A stretch of 64,000 nucleotides of DNA from an uncultured Candidatus Entotheonella sp. (GCA_965217185.1 OZ244252.1:3296001-3360000), one strand, 5' to 3'; shown: positions 41,487 to 51,552, numbered from the stretch's first letter. The notes: generated by a model from the sequence alone, not told the origin. Numbers and translations: made by a program.

Positions 41487-42701
41487 ATGCCGACGACTGT
41501 GGACTTCCCAACCCTTGTGAAACAAGCATTGGCCCTTTTCGGCGATGTCTTTGACAACGAACCCGCCCGGCGGCATTTTGCTGAGTATCTCACCGGTTTG
41601 ATGGTGGCAGAGCGTAAAAACATCAGCGCCATCAATCGCCAATTTGCCGTTACGACGGATCAATCCTGCCTCAATCGCTGGCTGGTCGAGGCGTCTTGGG
41701 ACGCGGCGGTGCTCAACGACCGCCGTCTGGCCTGGTTGCAGGACAACCCGAAGACCCGCTACAGCCCTCACGGCGTCATTGCCATTGATAATACCCTGGT
41801 CGATCACAGCGGCAAGCTCATCGAGGATGTCGGCTGGTTGTGGGACCATGCCCAGCAGCGCCACGTCATCGCCCACGACTACCTGATTTCCAACTACGTC
41901 TGTCCCTCGGGCAGCCATTATCCGATCGAATGGCGACGGTTCAGGAAAAAGGACAGCTGCCCGTCCGAGGCGTTCAAGGATCACACGACGCTGTGTCTCG
42001 ACTTGATTGACGATGTCCTTTCACGGGACATTCCCGGCGATGTCACCTTTGACAGCTATTTCACCCACGCCAAGATACTGAACCATCTTCATGCCAAGCA
42101 GCGCCATTATGTGGGCGCCTTGAAACTCAACCGCAAAGTGGTCTTTGAGGGCCGAGAACAGAAGCTGCAAGAAGTGGCTGGCCAGATACCCTTTGCAGAC
42201 AAGAAAGCGGTGCGTGTGGGCAAGCGTTGCGACTGGTATTTCAGCAAACGGATGCGCCTTGCGACGCTGAGTCACCCGGTTCGCATCGTGTTGTTTTGGA
42301 AGGACCGTTTTGCGACTGAGGCGAGCAAGGCCTTGGTGAGCAACCGGGTGGTTTGGGAGGTACTTCGCATGTTGAGGGTGTACCGCCATCGTTGGACGGG
42401 CACCGAGACCTTTCATCGGGACGGCAAGCAGCAATTGGGGCTAGGAGATTGTCAGGTGCGCAGCGGCAAGGGCCAGACCCGCCACGTGTATCTTGTCAGC
42501 GCCGCGTACAGTCTTCTGATGCACGCCATGCACGCGAGCGGTCCGCATGAATGGACTCGTCGAACGCTGACGACGATTGGCGAAGCCTGTCGGGCGGTGA
42601 AGGGAGAACTTCTCGAACGCTTGGTGGACTGGATTGTGGACAAACTAAGCGATGACGACTGGTCCATGTCACAGATTAAGGCTGTCTTGGCTCAGGCGTG
42701 A
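41487..42701 (+). CDS. IS701-like DDE transposase
   Basis: AGGAGG RBS; YLTGL..RKN, IDNT, FDSYF, YRHRWTGTETFHRDGKQQLGL. Confidence 0.85.
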   Translation: MPTTVDFPTLVKQALALFGDVFDNEPARRHFAEYLTGLMVAERKNISAINRQFAVTTDQSCLNRWLVEASWDAAVLNDRRLAWLQDNPKTRYSPHGVIAIDNTLVDHSGKLIEDVGWLWDHAQQRHVIAHDYLISNYVCPSGSHYPIEWRRFRKKDSCPSEAFKDHTTLCLDLIDDVLSRDIPGDVTFDSYFTHAKILNHLHAKQRHYVGALKLNRKVVFEGREQKLQEVAGQIPFADKKAVRVGKRCDWYFSKRMRLATLSHPVRIVLFWKDRFATEASKALVSNRVVWEVLRMLRVYRHRWTGTETFHRDGKQQLGLGDCQVRSGKGQTRHVYLVSAAYSLLMHAMHASGPHEWTRRTLTTIGEACRAVKGELLERLVDWIVDKLSDDDWSMSQIKAVLAQA

Positions 42702-42737
42702 CCGGGTAGAAGGCAAAATGCAAAACTCCAGTTATTA

Positions 42738-44220
42738 GAGCCACTTGCAAAACTCCAATTCGACGTCGAGAGCGAAGCTCATGGCCTTTGATAGTTGGCA
42801 GTTTTTGGCTCTGATACGCTGTTGGGCCGCCTGTGGCGCTTCACCTCGGTGACCATCCTGCGACGATGAAGCCCCTTGGCCTGTGAATGGCCAGACCTCT
42901 GCCTTGCATCCCCGGCGGGAGCGTGCAGCCTCTGTAACAGATGGATGGAACCAAGTCGGTTTCAGGCCAGTAGCCGGACCAACTGCGCCACCGTCAGCGC
43001 AAGAATGCCGAACATCAGGTGGCACAAAACCTTGGCGTGGCCACGCACACGTACCTGACGGCCACCAAAGTCGTCCTTGAGACGACCATTGACGCGCTCC
43101 ACGGTTGAGCGCTCACGGTAGCGTAAGCGTTCGCAGGAGACGTGGCCAAGGCTGCGCTGGGCCTTTGCCTCCGCAGTCAGTTGCCGCTTGCGCAGTACTA
43201 CGGGGGTTAACGTCGATGATCGCAACATGCCCCATTGAGGCGCTGTGCGCTCTGATCTCGGGCGCATCATAGGCCGAGTCCATCAAGTCATAGAGGTTGG
43301 TGACCCGGGCGACCGTCATCGTCGCCAAGGGAATCGCTGCCTGGCTGTCGTGCAGCGAGGCCGAAGTCAGGATGCAACTGAGCGGAATGCCGCCATCGGC
43401 CGCGTCGATATGCAACTTGTAGCCGCTCCAGGATGCCTGATAGCCCTTGGCGCCTCGCTTGACGCCGACATCAGGGGCGCGTGGCAGATCGTCGAGCATC
43501 TCCGGCAGGGTCATCCGCAGTTGGCGCTCCAGGCGGCGCGACGCCTTGGGCCGTTGCTCGCCCTTGCGCGGACGACCGCGCCGCCGTTTCGGGGTGGCCG
43601 ATGGCTTCGGCGTTGGTTTCTCGCGTCCTTCAATCGCCGTCGAATCGCGCGACACGTGACCGACCAAGTGATCCCGCAGGGTCTTGTCGATCAGCGCCTC
43701 GTGCAGGCGGCTCGGCAAGGCGCTGTCAGCGAAGGCAGTGAAGGCACGCGAGAACGTCGCCTCGCTGGGGACCTCCTCGGCCCGGCTCCAGCCACACAGG
43801 CGACGCAGCGGGGAGTCGATGGCCAGACGTTCAACGAGCGCCCGGGTGGTCGTGATGGCGAACACCGCCTTGGCGATGAAGGCGCGTGCCAGCGCCGCAC
43901 GGTCCTCCTGCGGGCGCCCCGGCAGGCCACGCAAGCACGTCAGGAATTGTTCCACCTGCACGAAGCCGAGCACCGTGACGAACAACTCGTAGCGCTCTCC
44001 CAAAGGGCCGAGTTCTTCTTCGAGTGCAGGGAACAGCTCTCGTTGAAAGGCGAAGCCATAATTCGATAGGATGGTACGCAGGGACATGGTCGTTTTCTCC
44101 CTCATGTGGTGGTTACACACAGCACACAACACATGATATCGGGTAGAGACGGCCTGTCCCGTTAAGCCAACCCATTACCCTCAATAATTCCCCATGACTC
44201 CACAGTTTTGCAAAAGGCTC
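42738..44220 (-). mobile_element. IS5/IS1182-like element copy 2 (same family as 2250-3745)
   Basis: TIRs GAGCCACTTGCAAAACT / GAGCCTTTTGCAAAACT; TSD ATTA at 42734-42737 and 44221-44224. Confidence 0.9.
42962..44087 (-). pseudogene. Frameshifted transposase of copy 2
   Basis: Homologous to 2465-3598; 2-nt loss in a GCGC run near 43190 shifts the C-terminus into ORF 42962-43270. Confidence 0.85.
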
Positions 44221-44233
44221 ATTAGAGATGCCC

Positions 44234-44445
44234 TAAAGGTCTCTTGATGAGTGGGATGACCTGAGCAATTGCCCAAAGGTAACGAGAACCGGCTTATACA
44301 GTTCGCAGGCAAGAGGCAAGATGTCGGGGTAATGCTGCCCCGCAGATAGGGTTATCCATACCTCCTTCTCGGTTTGATAATCAGCGAATAATTTATCCTT
44401 ATAGGACACCAAAGTTTCCTCGTTTTTTTGCCAACCTCTTATAGC
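44234..44445 (-). pseudogene. 212-bp cargo: 5' fragment of an AT-rich foreign gene
   Basis: GAGGA RBS then ..VSYKDKLFADYQTEKEVWITLSAGQHYPDILPLACELYKPVLVTFGQLL.., cut by the IS end. Confidence 0.55.
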
Positions 44446-45733
44446 GGGCGCCTCGAAAAATGACTCACTGGCGGGCAAAACTGGCGTGAGTGGTCCTATC
44501 GCGTGATGTCGGTAGAGAATGAACGGCGGTTGGCGCGGTGATGTCGCTCCCCGACAAGAGCCATGGCGCTTTCAATGAGGGCGTCCCACGCCCTGCTGCA
44601 CCCTTTAGCGTGAATCCACCATCGCCAGACGTTGCAAGTGAACCAGGCGACGCCTGTTGTAGGCAAGGTTCTTGAGACCTATCCGCGCGCTCGCCCGTAC
44701 AAGACCGATGCTGCGAACCAACGTCCCGCCCACGTCGTTTTGCTGCGCCCTGAAGACATGCTCTACCCGTGCTCGAAACCGTGAACGACTCTGGTTGCCC
44801 GCCTTCTCCCAATCACACAGCGGACGGTTGCGATAGCCCTTGCGATGAATCCGACTCGTCAAGCCCCCTTTCCTTGACCTTCTCCTCAATGGCTTTGGAC
44901 CGGTAGGCGCTGTCCGCCCAGACGCCGCTTGCCGTGTTGTCCGACGTAAGCAGTTCATCAACCCCTTGGCTGTCGTGCACCGCCGCGTCCGTCACCCGGT
45001 AACGCCGGATCAGTTTGTGCCGACGGTCGATGCTGACGTGATTCTTGTCGCCATAGTGGCTCTTGCCATGCTTCTTCGTCCAGCGCGCATCCGTATCCTT
45101 TTGCCGACGCTTGGCCGCCTTGTCGGCCCAGGCCGCGGGCATCTCACCGCGCTTGATCTGCTCATTGTCGCCACGACGATTGCGTTGAATGGGAACCGCG
45201 ACAATCGAGGCATCGATGATCTGGCCGCCCATGGCCCGGTAGCCCTGGCTTTTCAGATAGCCGTCGAAATCCTCAAACAAGGCCTCCATGAGGCCAGCCT
45301 GTGACAACTGCTCGCGGTAGAGCCACACCGTCTTGGCGTCGGGCACCTTGTCTTCAAGCGCCAGCCCCAGAAAGCGCACGAAGGACAGGCGGTCACGCAT
45401 CTGATACTCGACCTGGTCATCCGACAGATTGTAGAGGGCGCACAAAATGATCGCTTTGAACATGACGATGGCGTCCCACGGCTTGCACCCCGCATTGGAC
45501 TTACGCTTGTCGGGCGGCTTGCGCCAGACGTTTTCCAGGCGGCTGCGGAAGGCTTCCCAGGGAACGACGGCATTGATCTTCACCAGGGGGTCATGCTTGG
45601 CATCCAGAGCGGCGTAGCGATTCTCGACATCGAAAAAGCCCATCTGAGCCATGTTCAACTCCTCCGGCCTGTTGGTTAACGTGTCTCTGTGATTCTAAAC
45701 CACGTGGGAAGATGAGTATTATTAGAGATGCCC
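44446..45733 (-). mobile_element. IS5-family element copy B (1288 bp)
   Basis: TIRs GGGCGCCTCGAAAAAT / GGGCATCTCTAATAAT; homologous to copy A. Confidence 0.9.
44605..45652 (-). pseudogene. IS5-family transposase with +1 frameshift
   Basis: One extra base near 44864-44873 relative to copy A splits it into ORFs 44813-45658 and 44605-44961. Confidence 0.85.
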
Positions 45734-46676
45734 TGTATATGCGCCGCTCTTCTCTCCGTGAGCGCGTGACCCTCTGGGAGTTTAATGCGTCGGATGATGT
45801 CGTGGGTCAGCACTCCGACCGCCTCCAGGTCAATATTGGCGGCATGTTCAAAGGCCGCTCGGCCCTCTGGATACTCGTCCAGCAGCTTGTAGCATAAAGG
45901 CTTGAAGAAGGCTCCATGCCTGGCCGGTTGGTCGAGCCGAACGTGGTGTTTTCCATGGTCTCGGAAATGACTGATCCAAGCTGGCTTTATTTGCCCGTCT
46001 TGGCCGAAGCATTTGTTGAGACCCCGGTCCTCATATTCACATCCCATGCTCGAACCGTTGTCGTAAAATGGAGCCATTCGATCGCCGGATGGAGACACGA
46101 TGATAGCCCAGTTCTCAGCATGGCGGTCCGTGTTGGATATGAGTGTATCCAATGCGAAAGCCCGAGACCAGAACTCCATGAAATCGATCCTGCTGATGCC
46201 ATATCTCTGGGAGATCACTTGGTCGTACACGCGGAGGAGCAAAGGGAACGTGTGCCGTTGTCCTTCGTCCACGTCAAATTCGGGATCAACCTCTTTGCAG
46301 AGCTGCCAACCTTCAATAAATTGTTCCTTATCTTCAGCGTCGGCCTGATAAATATAGCGGAGGAGGTTTCCTGGGCTCCCTTTGTGGATACCTAAAGATA
46401 CATGCTGAACATCCCAACCTAACAGGTCGCCCGCAATAAACGAACCAAGAAGCTCTGACCAGATCTGGTGCTCACGTTGACTCTTGGGATACTTGAAAAT
46501 GAAGTGGGCGCCATCGCGAATGAGGGTGCGCTTCACCCTTGAACCGGGAGGGCGCTCTTCAGCGACTTCCCACGTATCCAAATCGCCTTCGACCTCCAGG
46601 GAAATATGGGTGAAGTTTTCCATAGGACTCGACATGTCCGACTCAATAGCGCCTGTGCGGGGCCGTTCCAGGTGGA

Positions 46677-47381
46677 TCACCCACGCGGCTTCACCAGCAT
46701 CAGGTAGCAAACCGCCGCAATGCCCGCCGAGCCGAACGTCATGCACATCACCATAATCTGGTAGCGCACCGCGATCAGCGGCGACACCCCCGACAGGATC
46801 TGGCCGGTCATCATGCCCGGCAGAGCCACCAGGCCGACGGCGAAGAGCGAGTTGACCAGCGGGATGAACGCTGCCTCCAGGGCCGTGCGGCGCGCCAGCT
46901 CGTAGGGCGCTTGGTTTGCGGTTTCCGCCTCGAAGCGCTCCGCCGCCAGGCTCACGGTGTTCATGGCGTTGGAGAAGATCATGCCGCCCAGGGGCACCAT
47001 GTAGCGCGGCTCAAACCAGGGATCGAGCGCCAGCACGCCCTGGCTGACCAGTGCCAGCGTCAAGCCGCCGCCGAGCGCCATGGAGCCCAGCGCCTTGGCG
47101 TAGCGCTGCCGCCGGTTGCCCGGCAGGGGGCGCAGGGCGATCCAGCTGGCGGCGATCAGCATGACGGCCAGCACCAGGATGACGAGGCCGGCGTGCCGGG
47201 TCTCGAAAATGTACGTCAGCACATAGCCGACCAGCAGCAACTGCAACAGCATGCGCGCCATGGCGTACAGCGTGGTGCCGACGCCCAGCGACCAGCGATA
47301 CAGCAGCACCACCACGACCGCCACCGGCAGAAAGACGAGCGCTAGCTGGGCGATAGGAATCAGTTGTACGGAGCTATTCAT
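46677..47381 (-). CDS. UPF0014 (FetB/YbbM-like) ABC permease
   Basis: RMLLQLLLVGYVL, PLGGMIFSNAM, GLVALPGMMTGQILSG..AVRYQI. Confidence 0.88.
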   Translation of the reverse strand: MNSSVQLIPIAQLALVFLPVAVVVVLLYRWSLGVGTTLYAMARMLLQLLLVGYVLTYIFETRHAGLVILVLAVMLIAASWIALRPLPGNRRQRYAKALGSMALGGGLTLALVSQGVLALDPWFEPRYMVPLGGMIFSNAMNTVSLAAERFEAETANQAPYELARRTALEAAFIPLVNSLFAVGLVALPGMMTGQILSGVSPLIAVRYQIMVMCMTFGSAGIAAVCYLMLVKPRG

Positions 47382-47387
47382 AAGCGC

Positions 47388-48596
47388 TCAACAGCAGCCG
47401 TTGAAGGTGGCGCCAGCCAGCGGCGCCCGGTCCGGCTCCCAGCCCCAGGGCCGCGGCCCCCAATCCGGCTCGAAGACCTGCCCCCGTTTGACCGTCAGCA
47501 CCGGCACGAAGGCCCGCTGCACCGGCAGACTGGCACCCAGCACGTCGTACACCACCCACTCGCCCTCCCGGATATCCAGCACCGAAATATCGGCTTGGCG
47601 CCCCACGCCCAGGCTGCCCAGGCGGTGCTCGGCGCCGATGGCCTTGGCCGGGTTTTCGGTGCACATGGTCACCACTTGCTCCAGGGTGAAGCCGAGGGCA
47701 AGGAAGCGGCTCATCATCTCCGTCATGCTGTGGACGGTGATACGGCGTCCCGGCACCGTGAGATCGGTGCTGATGCAGTGCGGCAGCAGGCCCTGATCGA
47801 TAATGCGGCGGCCCACGTCGAAGCTGAAGTTCATGCGCCCGTGAGCCGTGTCGAGCCAGACGCCGCGATTGGCCGCCTCGCGCGCTTCGGGCACCAGCTT
47901 GCCGTTGGCGTCGAGCACGCCGCCGGGGTTGGCGGTGAAGTAATGGGTGAGGATGTCGCCGTCGTCCAGCAGCGGCAGCAGTTCGCGGATGACGTTGGGG
48001 TCATAGCGCTTCTCGGTATCGCCGATGTGGACCATCAGCCGGGTGCCGCTTTCGCGTGCCGCGCGCCGCGCCAGGCGGGGCATCTCCATGCCGAAGATCT
48101 CCAGCGCCGGCGACACCATGCGGGCCTTGATGCCGTGGATCAGCCCGCGGTTCTGGTCCACCGTCTCAAGCGTGCCGTCGAGGTCGATGCTGCTTTCCGC
48201 CACGATGTCGGGCATGGTGGCCAGGCCGGTCTGGCAGATGTGCAGGAAGGGAATGATCTCGGTATGGCACTGCGGCATGATGTAGCGGGGAAAGGCGCTG
48301 AAGGTAGCGCACCCGGAACTACCGGCATCGACCACCGTAGTGACGCCCGAATGCACCCCGCCAAGATCGGGATGCACGCCGTTGCTGATGACGCCGTCGA
48401 AGACGTGGGCGTGCAGGTCGATGAGGCCCGGCGTGACCGTGCGCCCGGACACGTCGATGACTCGCGTCGCCTCGTCGCCCGCAATGAGGGGTGCAATGTG
48501 GGCAATCTTGCCGTCCTGAACGGCGATGTCGTGCCGCCCGCTCAGCCCGACGGATGGGTCGACAACCGTGCCTCCTGTCAGCAACAGATCGTACAT
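47388..48596 (-). CDS. Amidohydrolase/deacetylase family metallohydrolase (dihydroorotase-like)
   Basis: PGLIDLHAH, VVDAGS, GIKAR, MVHIG, ILTH, AHG, ISTD. Confidence 0.88.
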   Translation of the reverse strand: MYDLLLTGGTVVDPSVGLSGRHDIAVQDGKIAHIAPLIAGDEATRVIDVSGRTVTPGLIDLHAHVFDGVISNGVHPDLGGVHSGVTTVVDAGSSGCATFSAFPRYIMPQCHTEIIPFLHICQTGLATMPDIVAESSIDLDGTLETVDQNRGLIHGIKARMVSPALEIFGMEMPRLARRAARESGTRLMVHIGDTEKRYDPNVIRELLPLLDDGDILTHYFTANPGGVLDANGKLVPEAREAANRGVWLDTAHGRMNFSFDVGRRIIDQGLLPHCISTDLTVPGRRITVHSMTEMMSRFLALGFTLEQVVTMCTENPAKAIGAEHRLGSLGVGRQADISVLDIREGEWVVYDVLGASLPVQRAFVPVLTVKRGQVFEPDWGPRPWGWEPDRAPLAGATFNGCC

Positions 48597-48724
48597 GTCG
48601 TGTCTCCTTGTTTCGGCGCCGGGCGCCGGGATTCGTAAGGTGTCGTATTATGATGGGATTCACGGCACAGGGGCAAGGTTGTTGTCTGGCGGCGGGCGCT
48701 GCGCCGCCGCGGGGGAGAGGATTG

Positions 48725-50191
48725 ATGGAACTCGGAGACATCACGGACGTGGGCGTAGTGGGGGCCGGCACCATGGGCGCGGGCATCGCCCAGGTATTCG
48801 CGCAGGCTGGGTACACCGTGCGGTGGTACAACCGCTCGTCGGCAGGGCTGCAACGCGGTTTATCGCGCATCCGGGACAATCAGAGCCTGCTGATCCGCCA
48901 CGGGGTGCTGACGGCAGGCCAGGCGGAGGCGACACTGGCGCGGCTGCATCCGACCGAGGCGTTGGCCGACTTGGCCGGCGTGCAGTTGGTATCGGAGTCC
49001 ATCGCCGAGGACTTGCCGGCCAAGCAGGCGTTGTTCAAGGCGCTTGACAGGTTATGCGGCGGCGCGACGATTTTCACCACCAACACCTCGGGCCTGTCCA
49101 TCTCGCGCATCGCCGAGGCGGTGTCGCAGCCGGGGCGTTTCGCGGGGTTACACTACGCCAATCCGCCCCATATCATTCCCATCGTCGAAATCATCAAAGG
49201 AGAAGAAACGTCCGCTGCCACCTGCGAAGTGCTGACGGCCTTGGCGCGGCGCCTGGGCAAACGCCCGGTGCTCGTGCGGCGCGAGGTGCCGGGATTCATC
49301 GCCAACCGGCTGCAATTTGCGCTCCTGCGCGAAGCGCTGCACCTCATCGAAGCCGGTGTTGCGTCGGCTGCCGACGTAGACGCGGCGATTAAGCACGGCA
49401 TCGGCCTGCGCTGGGCGCTCTTCGGCCCGCTGGAGATCGCCGACCTCGGCGGCCTGGACGTGTTCGACGCCATCGCCGGCTATCTGTTTCAGGACCTGAA
49501 CAGCGCCGCCGAGGTGCCGTCGGTTCTGCATCGACGGGTGGCCGAAGGGCGGCTCGGGGTCAAGAGCGGCAGCGGTTTCTATACGTACACGCCGGAACAA
49601 GGGCAGTCACTCGCGGCGCGCCGCGACGAGGCGCTGCTGGCGCTGTTGCGTGTGAAGCAGCAAGCGGAAGAGACGGCTCCCATGAGCGGCATTCGGCCTG
49701 AGGCCGCCGGCGATATCGCCGCCATCCGCCGGGTGCACGCCGAGGCGTTTGGGCGGCCGGATGAGGCCAGCCTGGTCGATGCCCTGCGGGCCGTCGGCGC
49801 GTTGCGTATTGGATTGGTGGCCGTCGAGGACGGCACGGTCGTCGGGCATATCGCCTTCAGCCCGGTATTTATCCGGGGCGGCACGAGCACCCTCAACGCC
49901 CTGGGGCTGGCGCCGATGGCGGTGTTGCCGGGACGGCAGCGCCGCGGCATCGGTTCGCGGCTCGCGCGGGCAGGACTGGCGGCCTGCGGCGAAACGCCGT
50001 ACGGCCTCGTCTTCGTGCTCGGCGCCCCGCAGTTTTATGGGCGCTTCGGTTTCAAGCCGGCCAAGCCCTTGGGCATCACCTGGGAACACGCCGGGCCGCC
50101 GGACGCCTTCATGGTTCAGGCGCTGAAGCGGGGCGCCCTGGGCGGCATTCACGGCGTCGTGGCGTACCGGCCGGAATTCGATGGTTTGTAA
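48725..50191 (+). CDS. 3-hydroxyacyl-CoA dehydrogenase joined in frame to a YhbS-like GNAT acetyltransferase
   Basis: GAGTMGAG, NTS, HYANPP, GFIANRLQ, GVKSGSGFY; then from ATG 49682 IRPE..AFGRPDEA..LAPMAV..QRRGIG..FYGRFGF. Confidence 0.82.
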   Translation: MELGDITDVGVVGAGTMGAGIAQVFAQAGYTVRWYNRSSAGLQRGLSRIRDNQSLLIRHGVLTAGQAEATLARLHPTEALADLAGVQLVSESIAEDLPAKQALFKALDRLCGGATIFTTNTSGLSISRIAEAVSQPGRFAGLHYANPPHIIPIVEIIKGEETSAATCEVLTALARRLGKRPVLVRREVPGFIANRLQFALLREALHLIEAGVASAADVDAAIKHGIGLRWALFGPLEIADLGGLDVFDAIAGYLFQDLNSAAEVPSVLHRRVAEGRLGVKSGSGFYTYTPEQGQSLAARRDEALLALLRVKQQAEETAPMSGIRPEAAGDIAAIRRVHAEAFGRPDEASLVDALRAVGALRIGLVAVEDGTVVGHIAFSPVFIRGGTSTLNALGLAPMAVLPGRQRRGIGSRLARAGLAACGETPYGLVFVLGAPQFYGRFGFKPAKPLGITWEHAGPPDAFMVQALKRGALGGIHGVVAYRPEFDGL

Positions 50192-50250
50192 ATCGGATGG
50201 GCAGCATCTAAAATGGGCAGCAACCAAATCCAAAACAAGAGGAGTGAGGC

Positions 50251-51375
50251 ATGCGAATTGGCATGATGTGCCACGCCAGTTTCGGCGGCAGCGCCCGCAT
50301 TGGCATCGAATTGGCCATTGCTCTGGCCGGGCGTGGGCATCGGGTACACCTGTTTACCCGCACGACGCCACTGGTCGGCTGGGACCGGTCGAATGGGGTG
50401 GTGCTGCACACCCTGCTGCCGGACGCCGCCGACACCCGGCATCCGGCAACGCTGCATACCGACTGGTCGGACCGCGATCTGCAGCGTTACACCGAGAGCA
50501 TTTTGCAGGTCATCGCGGACGAGCACCTGGACGTGCTGCATTTCCACTATGCCGTGCCGTTCGCCTTTGTGGCGCAGAACGTGCGCCGCTGCCTGGGCGA
50601 CATGGCTCCCCGGCTGGTCGGCACGCTGCACGGCACCGACGTGACCCATTTTGGCAAGGACCCCGCAGTAGCGCCGAAACTGGCCGCCGCGCTGCGCTGC
50701 AACGACGTGCTGACCACCGTTTCCTTCAGCCACGCGAAATTGGCTGCTTCTGCGTTCAGCCTGTCTTCTCGCCCGCGCGTGGTCAGTAATTTCGTCGACC
50801 TGGCGCGCTTCAAGCCGTGCCCGCACGTATCCCCGCTCTCTAACCCGGCGCGACCGCTCCGTATCGTGCATGTCTCCAATTTCCGACCGATCAAGGACAC
50901 CCCAAGCGTGGCGCGCATTTTCCTGGGCATCCGTGAGCGTCTGGAAGCCGAGTTGTGGCTTGTGGGCAGCGGTGAGGACCTGCCCGCCGTACGAGAGCTG
51001 CTGGACCGCAGCGACTACGCGAGCGACGTGCGTTATCTGGGCCTGCAGCGCGACGTGGCGCCCTTCCTGCGCGGTGCCGACCTGCTACTCGTTACCAGCC
51101 TGTACGAAAGTTTCTGTATGGTGGCCCTGGAGGCCATGGCGTGCGGCGTGCCGGTGCTCGCCACGCGCGTGGGCGGGCTGCCGGAGGTGGTGATGCAGGG
51201 TCGCACCGGGCTACTTTTTCCGCTTGGCGACAACGCCGAGGCCGTGGATCTGGCCGTAGACCTGTTGACCGACCCGGCGCGGCACGAAGCCATGCGGCAG
51301 ACGGCCATCCGGCACGCCAGCGAGTTCGGGGTGGAGCAGGGTGTACGGGCCTACACGGCGCTTTACCAGCCATAA
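50251..51375 (+). CDS. bshA: BshA-like GT4 glycosyltransferase (GlcNAc-malate synthase family)
   Basis: GGS..ELA, HFHYAVP, TLHGTDVT, HVSNFRPIK, ESF..LEAMACGVP. Confidence 0.82.
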   Translation: MRIGMMCHASFGGSARIGIELAIALAGRGHRVHLFTRTTPLVGWDRSNGVVLHTLLPDAADTRHPATLHTDWSDRDLQRYTESILQVIADEHLDVLHFHYAVPFAFVAQNVRRCLGDMAPRLVGTLHGTDVTHFGKDPAVAPKLAAALRCNDVLTTVSFSHAKLAASAFSLSSRPRVVSNFVDLARFKPCPHVSPLSNPARPLRIVHVSNFRPIKDTPSVARIFLGIRERLEAELWLVGSGEDLPAVRELLDRSDYASDVRYLGLQRDVAPFLRGADLLLVTSLYESFCMVALEAMACGVPVLATRVGGLPEVVMQGRTGLLFPLGDNAEAVDLAVDLLTDPARHEAMRQTAIRHASEFGVEQGVRAYTALYQP

Positions 51376-51382
51376 AGGGTGT

Positions 51383-51482
51383 CTTGAATCCCCCCTCTCC
51401 CTGCTTCCCCTCACCGGGGGACGGGAATTACTGCTTCCTCTCCTCTCGGAGGGAGGGGGTTGGGGTGAGGGGGAATCTCAAG
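51383..51482. repeat. REP/MITE-like palindromic element (about 100 bp)
   Basis: Outer imperfect IR CTTGAATCCCCCCTC / GAGGGGGAATCTCAAG enclosing two C-rich/G-rich hairpins. Confidence 0.6.
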
Positions 51483-51552
51483 TGAGGCGTTACCCCGTCG
51501 GGAGATGTGGTGGCCAGGGGACAGGGCACAAATGAAAGAAAGGCGACGATCC

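Larger units (their letters stand above)
40166..42731 (+). mobile_element. IS701-like element
   Basis: TIRs CTGAGGTTTTGCA / CTGGAGTTTTGCA; TSD TTATTA at 40160-40165 and 42732-42737. Confidence 0.82.
38889..44233 (-). mobile_element. IS5-family element copy A (1286 bp once nested IS are removed)
   Basis: TIRs GGGCACCTCGAAAAAT / GGGCATCTCTAATAAT; the second TIR is split between 40165 and 44221. Confidence 0.88.
38889..45733 (-). mobile_element. Composite transposon bounded by two direct-orientation IS5-family copies
   Basis: TSD TGTA at 38885-38888 and 45734-45737; the inner IS flanks (TAAA, TAGC) match neither TGTA nor each other. Confidence 0.85.
38830..46635 (-). pseudogene. HipA-like Ser/Thr kinase, last 17 codons displaced by a composite transposon
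   Basis: Main part 45734-46635 has FKYPK, NTDRHAENW, APFYDNGSS. Joining across TSD TGTA gives ..HIQ-SVLQIGMERIRNILCEK* ending at 38830. Confidence 0.85.

Noticed and set aside
46636..46746. Longer N-terminus for the HipA-like kinase
   Set aside because: It overlaps the permease 3' end; ATG 46635 or 46623 is more plausible.
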